IMG/VR virus record: IMGVR_UViG_3300043447_000044
Span: 1-33,474 of that record
Direction: 5' to 3' (one strand)
From: a virus
Taxonomy: Duplodnaviria > Caudoviricetes
DNA length: 33,474 bases
Under the pieces are notes generated by a model. It worked only from the letters and a program-made list of their open reading frames with translations. It did not search any database and was not told where the DNA came from. Within the stretch, counting starts at the first letter, position 1, and every line of letters starts with the position of its first letter. Positions 14,839 to 24,282 of the stretch are shown here, in pieces. The position numbers were made by a program, and so were the translations under genes.

Positions 14839-15857
14839 AGAAAATCTTCCATATACAATTTAGTTCCATCTTCTAGATCCATGACCCAATGATGGTCTAC
14901 GATATGATAGTGAGATGTTTGTACTACTTTATTTGCAGCATAAAAATCAAGACCACAATCTTTTAAGAATTTCTTCTCAGCCCACTTGTGTGTCCTTGGA
15001 TCAGAAGACAAATACTTTTCTTCATAACGACCAATAGCCCATTTCTGAAAATCTACAGTGTCATAAAACGCCACGAACCTATTAGCAACTTCGTTGGGTA
15101 ACGCACGTTGCCTTTGAGTCTTAGCCATCTGCCACTTACCATTGATCTCGAGGAAGGATAAAAACTCTGGTACTGTTTTTATCTCTGGACCTGGATAATT
15201 ATCTATCATAGCGCCCATCAGTTCTACTTGATCTTTAGGTATGTAATCTTGCCATGGCATGGTATATTCTTCATGTTTTAGAGTGAAGTATCTACCAAAC
15301 AATTGGTCGCCTGGAAAACCATTGACAATTATACCTTCATCAAACATTGGAGTCAAAAGTGGTAGAGAGATATGACAATCAACACCACGTGGTAGAATGT
15401 GTTTCTCCATCATGTTACCAGACTCAACAATAGAAGCATAGTTACCGAAAACTTTAAGTTGTTTTGGATGTGCAACCTGCATCAAAGCAAATAGTGCTGT
15501 TGTGCTATCTAACCCGCCAGACCAAGAGATGTTTATTTGTTTCCCTGTATCAACTAATGCTTGAGCAGTCTCCAAACAAATTTGAGAAAAGGGTTTGTTG
15601 AACGATGAATCGTACTCTGGCAATGGTTCTGGTTTACATGTCTTTAGATAGTGTGGTAGTGTTCCAGTTCGATCCTGAAACATATCCATATTCCCTTGAT
15701 GCAACCTAGCAGAACCTTTAGGATCCCATTGCTCAAGATTCATTTTTTGATAGATTGGTAGAACTCTATCGAAATGCTCTGATTTGTATGGATCTAATTT
15801 CGGAGATTCGATAAGTTTCTGTTCACTTAGTCTATGTACAATACAATTTCTAATCAT
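14835..15857 (-). CDS. asparagine-synthase-like PP-loop ATP pyrophosphatase
   Basis: SWSGGLDST PP-loop and GFPGDQLFG motif. Confidence 0.7.
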   Translation of the reverse strand: MIRNCIVHRLSEQKLIESPKLDPYKSEHFDRVLPIYQKMNLEQWDPKGSARLHQGNMDMFQDRTGTLPHYLKTCKPEPLPEYDSSFNKPFSQICLETAQALVDTGKQINISWSGGLDSTTALFALMQVAHPKQLKVFGNYASIVESGNMMEKHILPRGVDCHISLPLLTPMFDEGIIVNGFPGDQLFGRYFTLKHEEYTMPWQDYIPKDQVELMGAMIDNYPGPEIKTVPEFLSFLEINGKWQMAKTQRQRALPNEVANRFVAFYDTVDFQKWAIGRYEEKYLSSDPRTHKWAEKKFLKDCGLDFYAANKVVQTSHYHIVDHHWVMDLEDGTKLYMEDFL

Positions 15858-16165
15858 TCACCTAACCTCAATCTAACTGGGAGTGCATTTTCCTTTATTC
15901 CCCAATTACCATTATGATCTGTAACAATAATATATTCTTTATTTTTTATGATTCGTTCTTTGTTATCATGGATGTATTTTATGGTCTGCGGTGATGCTAT
16001 GATACATCTCTCAGGTATTAAAATCTGAAAGAACTCAGTCCACTTAACAAATTCATCTTCATTTGAAGAATCATACCAGAAGATATCTTTTAAGGTTCTT
16101 GTGTTATTATTCACGCATGGGTAGAATGGTATGTTCCATACCCAACCTTTTAGAAAGGGTTCCAT
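15854..16165 (-). CDS. hypothetical protein
   Basis: ORF tightly packed in the operon. Confidence 0.55.
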   Translation of the reverse strand: MEPFLKGWVWNIPFYPCVNNNTRTLKDIFWYDSSNEDEFVKWTEFFQILIPERCIIASPQTIKYIHDNKERIIKNKEYIIVTDHNGNWGIKENALPVRLRLGE

Positions 16166-16166
16166 A

Positions 16167-16520
16167 TTATCCTATCAAATGTTGCGCCAGTACCATACAA
16201 GAGATCCAGACCCAAAGAGTGTTAAACGCAACCAGTGTTGGGAGTAATTTCTTATTGCTCGCCCAGATCAGTGTGACGCTGGTTGCAAGAGTGAAGAAGT
16301 ATAACCACCAGATCTGAATCCCGAAAATAAGACCTGGAACAATGATGAATGCCTTAGCTGCCCAACTAGCAAACTCTACAGTGTTGTAGTCAGTCCAGTA
16401 CTCTTTAGTGAACCACATCTTATAACAATCAACAATCTTGCGCCAGTTACTATGAGTATATGTAACACCTATTAGTATTGCCCAAACTGCTGTTGCTGCT
16501 AAGATCTGTTCTAGTGTCAT
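16167..16520 (-). CDS. small multi-pass membrane protein
   Basis: several Trp-rich hydrophobic segments. Confidence 0.7.
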   Translation of the reverse strand: MTLEQILAATAVWAILIGVTYTHSNWRKIVDCYKMWFTKEYWTDYNTVEFASWAAKAFIIVPGLIFGIQIWWLYFFTLATSVTLIWASNKKLLPTLVAFNTLWVWISCMVLAQHLIG

Positions 16521-17392
16521 TTAGCTTCCTGAATTTGTGATTTATATTTCTTCTGAAACTTTCTAACAGTGGCTAAAGAATTTGTATAAAATTGTTCTGC
16601 TGACTCAGAAGGAATTTTCATGCCAGAAATTTTCAGAATTTCGTCACTACCAATCTTGTTCTGAGCATCATTCAAAATAATAGCAATAGCCTTGCGGCGT
16701 GTCTCATCCATAGATTTTGGTGCAACAGTGATGTTGAATACATATGGGGCATCAACACCAAGTTCTTTCAAAGTCTTTAGCTTAGGCACAGATGGGATTC
16801 TGACAGGACAAGAAGCAGCGAATAGTTGTAACTTAGGGTTTTTATCCTTTAGAGATTCATATAACTCATAGCGATCAATACCTAAAGTCACACCATGGTT
16901 GCCAGCCATATTCATGAAGGCGTCATTGTTTGACTTAAAACCGATGTACTTAACATCTAGTTTGTACTTGTCAGCAATAGACAATGCAGTTAGATGGGTA
17001 GCGTTACCGAAACCTACTGTACCAACAACCATTTCTTTGTTAGCATTAACTGCTCCATTTGTAACAACTACCCAGCATGCGTTACCCAATGCGTGGATAG
17101 GCACATAGTCAGCCTCAACAACCTTACCTGAATTGATGTTGTCTACGAACGCTGCTGCGATAATACCGAGACTATTTGAGTCCATGGCTTTCAGTGCGAT
17201 TAGCTGATTACCTCCAGGTCTAAATTCAAGAACGAATGTATAGATATGTTGAGCCTTGTTAGCCTCTTCAATAATCTTGTACATTGCAGTAGTGCCAGAG
17301 TGTGAAGCACTATAAGGTGACATGATCTTAATTGTTTCAGTAGCAAATGCTGAACTACACAGCATCATTAACATAGCTAGAATTTTTTTCAT
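16517..17392 (-). CDS. divergent Bug/TctC substrate-binding protein
   Basis: signal peptide; PYSA...RPGGNQLIA...THL...KTLKELG. Confidence 0.75.
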   Translation of the reverse strand: MKKILAMLMMLCSSAFATETIKIMSPYSASHSGTTAMYKIIEEANKAQHIYTFVLEFRPGGNQLIALKAMDSNSLGIIAAAFVDNINSGKVVEADYVPIHALGNACWVVVTNGAVNANKEMVVGTVGFGNATHLTALSIADKYKLDVKYIGFKSNNDAFMNMAGNHGVTLGIDRYELYESLKDKNPKLQLFAASCPVRIPSVPKLKTLKELGVDAPYVFNITVAPKSMDETRRKAIAIILNDAQNKIGSDEILKISGMKIPSESAEQFYTNSLATVRKFQKKYKSQIQEAK

Positions 17393-17820
17393 ACTTTCTC
17401 CGTTTCAATATTACACTTAACCAAAAAATTCAACCCCTCTTCATTACGATAAGAGTTGCGATAGTACACATGTTTAATACCTGCACCATATATTAATTTA
17501 GCACAGTCAACGCATGGTGCGTGAGTGATGAAGATAGAAGCACCTTCACCACTCTCAGAAGATTTAGCCAACTTAGAGATGGCATTAGCTTCTGCGTGGA
17601 TAACTTCTGGTTTAGTCACATCTTCTGCAACAAGAGTCTGTGGGTTAACATAACGAAACTCGCAGTTGTTATCCCAACCAGCAGGTGTCCCATTATATCC
17701 AATAGAAGTTATTCGATTGTCCTTAACAACCACAGCACCAACTTGTAATCGCTTCGCTGAACTCAACTGAGCGAAACGCTCTGCTGTATCCATGAAGGCA
17801 TCAATCCACTTTTGTTTCAT
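17389..17820 (-). CDS. cd: dCMP deaminase
   Basis: QVGAV, GYNG, HAEANAI, PCVDC; start moved to MKQKW. Confidence 0.9.
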   Translation of the reverse strand: MKQKWIDAFMDTAERFAQLSSAKRLQVGAVVVKDNRITSIGYNGTPAGWDNNCEFRYVNPQTLVAEDVTKPEVIHAEANAISKLAKSSESGEGASIFITHAPCVDCAKLIYGAGIKHVYYRNSYRNEEGLNFLVKCNIETEKV

Positions 17821-18599
17821 TTTCCAAATCCAAATGGGCACTTACCCTTTTCTTTTTTATCTAGCTCTCTTGCTATAGATTTTTCTCTAACATAGTTATT
17901 ATATCTTCCAGATTTAATAGATCCATATGAAAGAGGCATAGCAAGATTTTTCTGCATTTCTTCTGCTGACACTAAATGACATTTAACTTCTACATTATCA
18001 TCAGATAGCGGTAATAAATGAACCATGGGAGTACCACCATAAATTGTAAAGTTTTCAGAATTTTTGTCTACAAACATATTAATATTAGCAGAACTCTGGT
18101 CACTAAACCATAATATAGCAGTTGGTATAATGAAGTTTCTAGAAAAATTATGGATATTCCAATCAGCAGGTTTCCATAAAAATCTAACTCCAGTTTTTTC
18201 TTTTATCAACCATGGACTCTCCATCTTAACATGCATATGGTCTTTATATAAACCAGTGTACTGTTCTTTGGGGTGTGATTCATAATTAAAATGTGGGCTC
18301 ATCATTCCAATAGCAGATGTGCCATCTGAAGCAGTCTTAGGTTGACAAATAAAATCTGTCCACATTGGCATAATAAACCCACGCTTATACATCTCATTAA
18401 TTCCATTACACTTTTTAATGGTAGAGATGTCATACTCTATGTTAGTTTGTGGGTGTTTTATTCTTGTATTCGGGCTTAATGATTTAATGTCTTCTGGGTA
18501 GTATACAGCAGCCTTACGAATCTTGTAAAGTTCATGGACGCTATCAATATTAGTAAAACAATCTACAACTATCTTCTTTTTCTTAAACCAGAACATCAT
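17817..18599 (-). CDS. hypothetical phage protein
   Basis: 260-aa ORF overlapping both neighbours by 4 nt; ends KCPFGFGK. Confidence 0.65.
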   Translation of the reverse strand: MMFWFKKKKIVVDCFTNIDSVHELYKIRKAAVYYPEDIKSLSPNTRIKHPQTNIEYDISTIKKCNGINEMYKRGFIMPMWTDFICQPKTASDGTSAIGMMSPHFNYESHPKEQYTGLYKDHMHVKMESPWLIKEKTGVRFLWKPADWNIHNFSRNFIIPTAILWFSDQSSANINMFVDKNSENFTIYGGTPMVHLLPLSDDNVEVKCHLVSAEEMQKNLAMPLSYGSIKSGRYNNYVREKSIARELDKKEKGKCPFGFGK

Positions 18600-18814
18600 A
18601 ATTTCATAATCCTATTAAGCACTTCGTTAGCTTCTTTCATACCATCTTCTTCCATCTCTTCATCAAACAACTCATCTTTAGCCATCTGTATCATAACCAA
18701 GACTCGCATTGCATCATCTTGGTTCATACTATCAAGCATCATCTTAAACTCATCTTCATGAAGGTTCAGAAGAAAGAGAAGAAAGTCACGATCTTCGTCT
18801 TCAAGATGTCGCAC
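18596..18814 (-). CDS. small acidic hypothetical protein
   Basis: ORF packed in the operon. Confidence 0.6.
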   Translation of the reverse strand: MRHLEDEDRDFLLFLLNLHEDEFKMMLDSMNQDDAMRVLVMIQMAKDELFDEEMEEDGMKEANEVLNRIMKL

Positions 18815-19223
18815 TTTTCTTTTCGACTGGTGGTAGGAATCCAGCTTCAGTTACCAATTTAAGAGTAATCTTCTTGAACATCTTATGAAGAGTCTGGTCT
18901 TTGATAGCAATAAGAACATCAGCCTCTGACGGATGTACACCCTCAAGTAGAGAGATGAATAACGACTCACGCTTTAGTGGAGTTAGATCAGCACGACAGA
19001 AAACATACATACGACGCATCTCACTGAACAAGTTTGTTGGGGTCATACCCAATGGTTCAGCTGCTGGTTTGAATGGTGGTGTACCTTCTGGAAGAATCAT
19101 CTTCTTCGCTGGATCGAATGCATACTCGAATGCCAGCTTCAAAACGGCATCGCCCTTGTAGTTGTTGATAGCTTTTGGATCATCATTAATCTCCTCAAGC
19201 ATCTGTGTCAGATATTTTCTCAT
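18801..19223 (-). CDS. conserved T4-like phage protein (DUF6433-like)
   Basis: FDP...LPEG.PP...RE.LFI.LLEG.HP.EA pattern; follows rnh. Confidence 0.65.
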   Translation of the reverse strand: MRKYLTQMLEEINDDPKAINNYKGDAVLKLAFEYAFDPAKKMILPEGTPPFKPAAEPLGMTPTNLFSEMRRMYVFCRADLTPLKRESLFISLLEGVHPSEADVLIAIKDQTLHKMFKKITLKLVTEAGFLPPVEKKSATS

Positions 19224-20116
19224 TAAAAGTCCTCTAGGTCATCCAAAAGCAGACGGCACTTATGTTCGATCAGATAATTCATAATCGACATCTTGTCGCC
19301 CTTTGGTTTGTTATTTAGATATGTCGTAACGATCTCTTCCTCGACATCTGGTGGGATGTTATCGAATGCCACTAGAACAGAGTTGCGTTTCCAGTTACGC
19401 TTCTCATCGTCAGTGCGACAAGCATCATATCCTGATTCAATAAATTCAGCAAGTCGTTTAGCTGAAACTGGCTTCTGACGATCTCCTACAACGAACACAT
19501 CATCTTTAGACAGGATGTTTGGAATACCGTCACCAGCATCGCCTTTAACGATGTGCTCAATCATAAACCCTTGGATCTCTTTCTTCGTTGCATTGATGTA
19601 CTTCTTCTGCATCGGAGACCATTGGTTTACATTTGGATAAAGTTGTAGTTGTTTGAAGTCTTTATCAGAAGAAAGAATCAGAACTTTCTGAGACTCTTCA
19701 ACAAGACCTTCTTGAACGAGTTGGTTAGTCTGAACCCACTTGGTCATACAAGCGATAACATCATCGGCTTCGGCACGATCTACATGGATAACTCGATAAG
19801 GAAAATGCTTGGTGATATCCTCACGCAACTCTGTGAGTGTATCAAAGATAAGTTTCCAGTCTAGATCAGAAGCATCACGATTCTTCTTACGGCTTGCTTT
19901 GTAGTGCTCGAAGTATTCTTTACGCCAGTACTTACGACCATCGCAAGCAATGACGATCTCGCCATACTCTTTGCCATACTTCTTCTTGTATGACTTGATA
20001 GTGGAAAGAGTCACGTGACGAATAAGGTTCTTAACTTCAGACTCAGTGCCTTTAAGTTCACGTTGGAATGTAAGAATAGTGCTAAGCGCAACTTGGCTAT
20101 AATCAATTAGAATCAT
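19223..20116 (-). CDS. rnh: T4-type RNase H / 5'-3' exonuclease
   Basis: MILID, YWRK...YKASR, EADD, SSDKDFKQL, GDAGDGIPN. Confidence 0.95.
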   Translation of the reverse strand: MILIDYSQVALSTILTFQRELKGTESEVKNLIRHVTLSTIKSYKKKYGKEYGEIVIACDGRKYWRKEYFEHYKASRKKNRDASDLDWKLIFDTLTELREDITKHFPYRVIHVDRAEADDVIACMTKWVQTNQLVQEGLVEESQKVLILSSDKDFKQLQLYPNVNQWSPMQKKYINATKKEIQGFMIEHIVKGDAGDGIPNILSKDDVFVVGDRQKPVSAKRLAEFIESGYDACRTDDEKRNWKRNSVLVAFDNIPPDVEEEIVTTYLNNKPKGDKMSIMNYLIEHKCRLLLDDLEDF

Positions 20117-20756
20117 TTTGTTTATCCAGACGTGTGTCTCTTATGTTAAAAAATGCAGAATTGCAATACCTACCATTACCACTTAATGTATTTCTCATAT
20201 TAGATACAATAGGCTTAACTTCGTGAACTGTGCAAGAAGCTATGATAACAATACGATTATCCATAATTTCTATTGTTGCCTCTTTAGAGGAATTACAAGA
20301 CTTTAGAACAATCTCACCTCCAGTGAATTGCTTCGGTTCTTTATTGAAGTAATTTAATATTGTAAAGAACGCAATGTCTGTGTGGGGTTTATAGTAATCA
20401 GCATTCTCATAGTAAGACAGAAGGTGTGTTTTAGTATTACAGTGGAACAATGACTTGTATAAAGTATTATACGATAAAACTTTTTCTCTAAATGTTTCCT
20501 CTGCCATATTGTATATCAGATTGGAAATTAGAGCAGAGTGTTTCCAATCATTGAATACTTCTTCCAAGAAGATTCCACTTTTAGAAGTTTGAATAACACC
20601 ATTGTCTACTGCAGAAGACAACTCGGTTTCAGTTCGCATAATAGATGGCTTAGTGAGCCACACCAATTCTTTACGAATATCATCGAGTTGAGATTCTGTA
20701 TAAAAATTATCGATAACGATGGCATCAATACCATCTTCGATATAAGTGAACTCCAT
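20103..20756 (-). CDS. 2OG-Fe(II) oxygenase
   Basis: IDNFY, YKPHTD, FTGGE, HEV...GRY; start moved to MEFTY. Confidence 0.8.
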   Translation of the reverse strand: MEFTYIEDGIDAIVIDNFYTESQLDDIRKELVWLTKPSIMRTETELSSAVDNGVIQTSKSGIFLEEVFNDWKHSALISNLIYNMAEETFREKVLSYNTLYKSLFHCNTKTHLLSYYENADYYKPHTDIAFFTILNYFNKEPKQFTGGEIVLKSCNSSKEATIEIMDNRIVIIASCTVHEVKPIVSNMRNTLSGNGRYCNSAFFNIRDTRLDKQNDSN

Positions 20757-21862
20757 TAAAACGCTCCCAGCAAAATACACTCTTCATTCACCCGACCATT
20801 TGGAGCAGAAGGTTTGGTTGTCAGTTTCTTAAATGCACCATTCAGAGCACGTTTACCCATAGCAAGACCTTTGAAGAATTCTTCTGGTTTGCGTAGTGTC
20901 ATAGTCTTGGACTCTTTAACATCGAACCCGAGGATTGTCGTACCCTTAACAGACAGGGTACCACCATCAGACTTATACACAGTAACCTTGCGATACTTAG
21001 TATTATACACCCACAACTCAGTTGATGTCAAAATGTCTTCTGGCTTACAAGACTTGAGATTGAGTTCGGCGAAGTCCTTCATGAACTTCATCTTAGAAAC
21101 TACTTTAGTGGGAGACACTGCTTTGCGTTTACGTGGAGCACGATTAGCCTTAGCAGTTTGTACTTGTTGCTGACAGTCGGAGACAATCTCTTCCAAGAAT
21201 GCCAAGAACTTCTTTAGTTCTCGTTTGTTGAAGTTAGAGTAACCTTCCACGAGTTGCTCGTCATCTCCAGCAATTGCTTCTTTGATTTCTGGAATGCGTC
21301 CAGCGAAGAAGTCACCGATGCGTTTAGCGATGGGCGCAGCAACTTGGTTTGCTGCAAGATAGTTCTTTGTGGAGAACTTTGTTGTTTTTGTAGTTGTGAA
21401 CTCATCGATAGCACCTTCAATCTCACCTGCCAATTCGTGTGCCTTCTCGTCCATACGATCTTGAATGGATGGAGCAGCAGCCACTGGAACAGCAACTTCT
21501 TTGCTTTCTTTAATCTTTTGTGGGAGTTTTTCTTTGGCAATAATCACACGCACCATATTGTCGATGGCATTCATGTGGTCATCACTCAGAGTGTTACCAT
21601 TGGTTACAAGGCGACACAACGATCCCAGTTGACGGATATCGTGGTCGCTTGCTTTATTGATAGCAAGCACTTCAGTCTTCTTGCCGAGTTTTGCAAAGTA
21701 TTCGATAGCAAATTTACGACGCTTCTTGTCATCGACATTATCACGATACCATACCAGTGCATTCGTGATAGAAACATTGTAGTTGTCTTGATCCAACATT
21801 GGCTCATCGACAGTTTTACGAAGTGTTGCGTGTGCTTTCGCACGTTTTGCGGTAGTCGCCAT
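20756..21862 (-). CDS. conserved hypothetical T4-like phage protein
   Basis: 368-aa ORF; LWVYNTKYRK...KGTTI...TLRKP...NGRVNE; own promoter and GGAGG SD. Confidence 0.75.
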   Translation of the reverse strand: MATTAKRAKAHATLRKTVDEPMLDQDNYNVSITNALVWYRDNVDDKKRRKFAIEYFAKLGKKTEVLAINKASDHDIRQLGSLCRLVTNGNTLSDDHMNAIDNMVRVIIAKEKLPQKIKESKEVAVPVAAAPSIQDRMDEKAHELAGEIEGAIDEFTTTKTTKFSTKNYLAANQVAAPIAKRIGDFFAGRIPEIKEAIAGDDEQLVEGYSNFNKRELKKFLAFLEEIVSDCQQQVQTAKANRAPRKRKAVSPTKVVSKMKFMKDFAELNLKSCKPEDILTSTELWVYNTKYRKVTVYKSDGGTLSVKGTTILGFDVKESKTMTLRKPEEFFKGLAMGKRALNGAFKKLTTKPSAPNGRVNEECILLGAF

Positions 21863-21889
21863 AGGTTCTTAGCCTCCAAATAATAATAT

Positions 21890-21918
21890 ATTATACCGCA
21901 ATTCAGATTAAATGTCAA
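21890..21918 (-). promoter_or_regulatory. sigma70-type promoter
   Basis: perfect TTGACA-N17-TATAAT. Confidence 0.85.
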
Positions 21919-22175
21919 GCACTTTTTTGGACTCCAGTCACTTCCTCGTACAGCGTCTCGAAGTCCTCATGGTCTTGTTTTTCCTGAGTGAAGTTCTGTT
22001 TGTGGTAAGTCTTTGCAATCTTATTAATAATCTTTTTCGGGAGTTGGAACTCAGCGTTGAGTTCTTTAACAATCTCTCGAATCAAATCGCTCTCTGCCTC
22101 TTTGCGAGTCATTGAGTTGCTAATCTCTTGAATAGCGTCCTTAAACTTTTTACGGTCTGCTGGAGATGAAATCAT
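21915..22175 (-). CDS. dsbA: T4 DsbA-like dsDNA-binding protein
   Basis: EISNS...NKIAKTYHKQNF...ETLYE pattern. Confidence 0.75.
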   Translation of the reverse strand: MISSPADRKKFKDAIQEISNSMTRKEAESDLIREIVKELNAEFQLPKKIINKIAKTYHKQNFTQEKQDHEDFETLYEEVTGVQKSA

Positions 22176-22185
22176 ATATTTTTCC

Positions 22186-22503
22186 TTATTTTACAGATGA
22201 AGAATCTACTGCTTCTTTAGTGATCATCTGTGCAAGAATTTCTGCGCCAGAATCATCACTATAAAGTATTGTGCGATCGTCAGAGTAACGACGACGATGT
22301 TCTTTAGTTTCCTCAACTCGTGTCATCATACTAGAACGGCGCTCTGCACGTAATTTACGAATACGCTCGTTGTTTTCTTCAATCTCACGCATCACACGTT
22401 CGTGTCGTTCTTTCTCAAGACGCACTGTGCGACGATAAGCATAGAAGATACCAAAAGAAATGGTGGCAAGAGCCACCAAGAAACTAATTTCAAAGTAGTC
22501 CAT
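22186..22503 (-). CDS. membrane-anchored hypothetical protein
   Basis: N-terminal TM helix and charged coiled coil. Confidence 0.6.
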   Translation of the reverse strand: MDYFEISFLVALATISFGIFYAYRRTVRLEKERHERVMREIEENNERIRKLRAERRSSMMTRVEETKEHRRRYSDDRTILYSDDSGAEILAQMITKEAVDSSSVK

Positions 22504-22691
22504 TATTTTTTAGAGAATGTGACACCTTCGCCTCGGAAGAACATACCCAAGACGATAACTGAAACCCAAGTATCAAAGTTTGCTGGAATAGCTAACGATG
22601 GGAACAGAGTGTTGAGAGAAAAGATGACTGCAAATGGAAATAGTACAATCAACGCAATGGCCAAAGCCACGATCAAAATAATTTTAAGCAT
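22503..22691 (-). CDS. small membrane protein
   Basis: two hydrophobic segments. Confidence 0.6.
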   Translation of the reverse strand: MLKIILIVALAIALIVLFPFAVIFSLNTLFPSLAIPANFDTWVSVIVLGMFFRGEGVTFSKK

Positions 22692-22698
22692 AATAACC

Positions 22699-22977
22699 TT
22701 AGTAAGAAATAACTGCGCTCAGACGGAATGAACGCCATTCACCTTTTTCGAGATCGAAGACTCGAACTGCGGATCCAACAGTGCTGCTAGTTTGCGCCTC
22801 TGAGGATTTTGGTCGCTTGTCTGTTGGAATCTTAGACTCGACAAGGGTGCATCGCATGGTACGCTCTGTACCATCTGCTTTGGTAAACTTGACAGTGGCT
22901 TCGTTAGTGCGCAATTTTTCAAGAATGTTTTCCTTTAGAAGATCTAGGTTAGTTTGTTCAAGCTGCATCATTATCAA
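22699..22977 (-). CDS. WYL_2/SH3 beta-barrel (DUF2693-like) protein
   Basis: FTKADGTERTMRCTL...VFDLEKGEWRSFR. Confidence 0.75.
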   Translation of the reverse strand: MIMMQLEQTNLDLLKENILEKLRTNEATVKFTKADGTERTMRCTLVESKIPTDKRPKSSEAQTSSTVGSAVRVFDLEKGEWRSFRLSAVISY

Positions 22978-23200
22978 ATCTCTCTTTCATATTATATAAA
23001 AATGGTTTGAAGAATTCCTCAAACTCACGAGTGGTAAAGAACATCTGATAGTTGCTATCGATGATCATTTTGCTACCATCTTCAGACGGCAGTTGGCTCT
23101 TGAGTGTAACCTCAATAACATCTCTGTCGTGCTCAAGAACATCAACAGTGGTCAGTAAACCACCACGAAATAGTTCGCCCTTATAAAGAACTTTGCTCAT
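22958..23200 (-). CDS. hypothetical protein
   Basis: start moved to MSKVL (AAGGA SD). Confidence 0.55.
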   Translation of the reverse strand: MSKVLYKGELFRGGLLTTVDVLEHDRDVIEVTLKSQLPSEDGSKMIIDSNYQMFFTTREFEEFFKPFLYNMKERFDNDAA

Positions 23201-23330
23201 ACGAATCCTTCTTGTGTTTAGCTTTGCGAGTGTACTTAACCCTACTCTCAACCACACGCATGCGGTACTTGGGAGTTCTTAGATCCTTCGCTATAAGATC
23301 TCGAGGTTTTATAGGGTTATTATACTTCAT
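23181..23330 (-). CDS. 49-aa basic protein, ArfA-like
   Basis: MKYNNPIKPRDLIAKDLRTPKYRMRVVESRVKYTRKAKHKKDSYEQSSL; hand translation. Confidence 0.55.
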   Translation of the reverse strand: MKYNNPIKPRDLIAKDLRTPKYRMRVVESRVKYTRKAKHKKDSYEQSSL

Positions 23331-23350
23331 CTTTCTTTACAAAGCAACTT

Positions 23351-23509
23351 TCATTGGATTGTCTCATGAGTTGCAAAAGGTGTTAGTTTATCACATAACA
23401 TCTCAAACAACAGGTGTTCTACAAATTCTAATTCTTCCATTGTGACTGCATCTGGAGGCAACTCTCCTCGCAACACAGCATCCATAACTGCAATACGCTC
23501 TTCTGTCAT
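23351..23509 (-). CDS. small acidic hypothetical protein (52 aa, MTEERIAV...)
   Basis: ATGA overlap with the upstream gene; GGAG SD. Confidence 0.55.
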   Translation of the reverse strand: MTEERIAVMDAVLRGELPPDAVTMEELEFVEHLLFEMLCDKLTPFATHETIQ

Positions 23510-23781
23510 TTCTTCTCTCCAAAAATATTAGACCATTGTTGCAATTTTGCCAGCTTAAGACCTTTAGCCTTCAAGACTGGTGCTTCACGCACAACACCTT
23601 TATTGATCATCAAGTCGATCATACACATCAGATCGCCAATTTCTTCTTCGAGATGTTCTCGGTTAGTAACACCATTGTGGTGGTCATCCAACCCGAACCG
23701 AAATACCTTGCTGATAGCCTGAGTGACCTCAGCACATTCTTCTTGGGTGATTAGCATAATCTCCCGATTCACATCATTCAT
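23506..23781 (-). CDS. MazG-like nucleotide pyrophosphohydrolase
   Basis: EECAEV...EEEIGDL; start moved to MNDVN. Confidence 0.8.
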   Translation of the reverse strand: MNDVNREIMLITQEECAEVTQAISKVFRFGLDDHHNGVTNREHLEEEIGDLMCMIDLMINKGVVREAPVLKAKGLKLAKLQQWSNIFGEKK

Positions 23782-24160
23782 ATAGTTCTCCAATATCATA
23801 TTCAAAACGATCTGCCATACGCTTCAGAGTTTCCTCTGGCACGTTGTGAACAGAACCGAATGAGTTCTGACACAGAATCACAGTTGGAATTATACCAAAT
23901 TCTTTTGCAATGTCAAAGTAAGGTTGCAACTCTTTCTTAGTAGTGAATGTGTTGGACACTACAGGAGAAAAGCCACGTGTCAACAACTTGCGTGTTTCAT
24001 CTTGACACCACTTGTGGGCTTCGCCCAGCTTCGCTACATCGAATGCGTAGTCTTTACCCCAGAACTGGTCTGTCTCAAGATGCCAATACCATCCGATCAA
24101 ATTCTTTGCAAGAGTGGACTTACCAGAGCCTGGAAGACCACGTATCAATAACAGTTTCAT
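23774..24160 (-). CDS. AAA_33-type P-loop kinase/ATP-binding protein
   Basis: RGLPGSGKST, AH.WC, VSNTF, HNVP. Confidence 0.85.
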   Translation of the reverse strand: MKLLLIRGLPGSGKSTLAKNLIGWYWHLETDQFWGKDYAFDVAKLGEAHKWCQDETRKLLTRGFSPVVSNTFTTKKELQPYFDIAKEFGIIPTVILCQNSFGSVHNVPEETLKRMADRFEYDIGELYE

Positions 24161-24191
24161 ATTTATTACCTCATGAACCCTAACACAGTGA

Positions 24192-24220
24192 ATTATGCCC
24201 TAAGTCAAGTGTTTTGTCAA
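24192..24220 (-). promoter_or_regulatory. sigma70-type promoter
   Basis: TTGACA-N17-CATAAT. Confidence 0.7.
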
Positions 24221-24230
24221 GGAATAAATG

Positions 24231-24256
24231 AAAACCCCTCTTTGCAGAGGGGTTAT
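24231..24256 (-). terminator. hairpin, probable intrinsic terminator
   Basis: AACCCCTCTGCAAAGAGGGGTTTT. Confidence 0.6.
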
Positions 24257-24282
24257 TCTGGTTAGAAAACTAAAGGATTAGT

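Noticed and set aside
14752-15857. Lasso peptide gene cluster
   Set aside because: No transglutaminase-like peptidase or RRE protein is recognisable and the peptide is not a convincing lasso precursor
17389-17820. TadA-like tRNA deaminase serving the A34 tRNAs
   Set aside because: GYNG and surrounding motifs and T4-like context fit dCMP deaminase better
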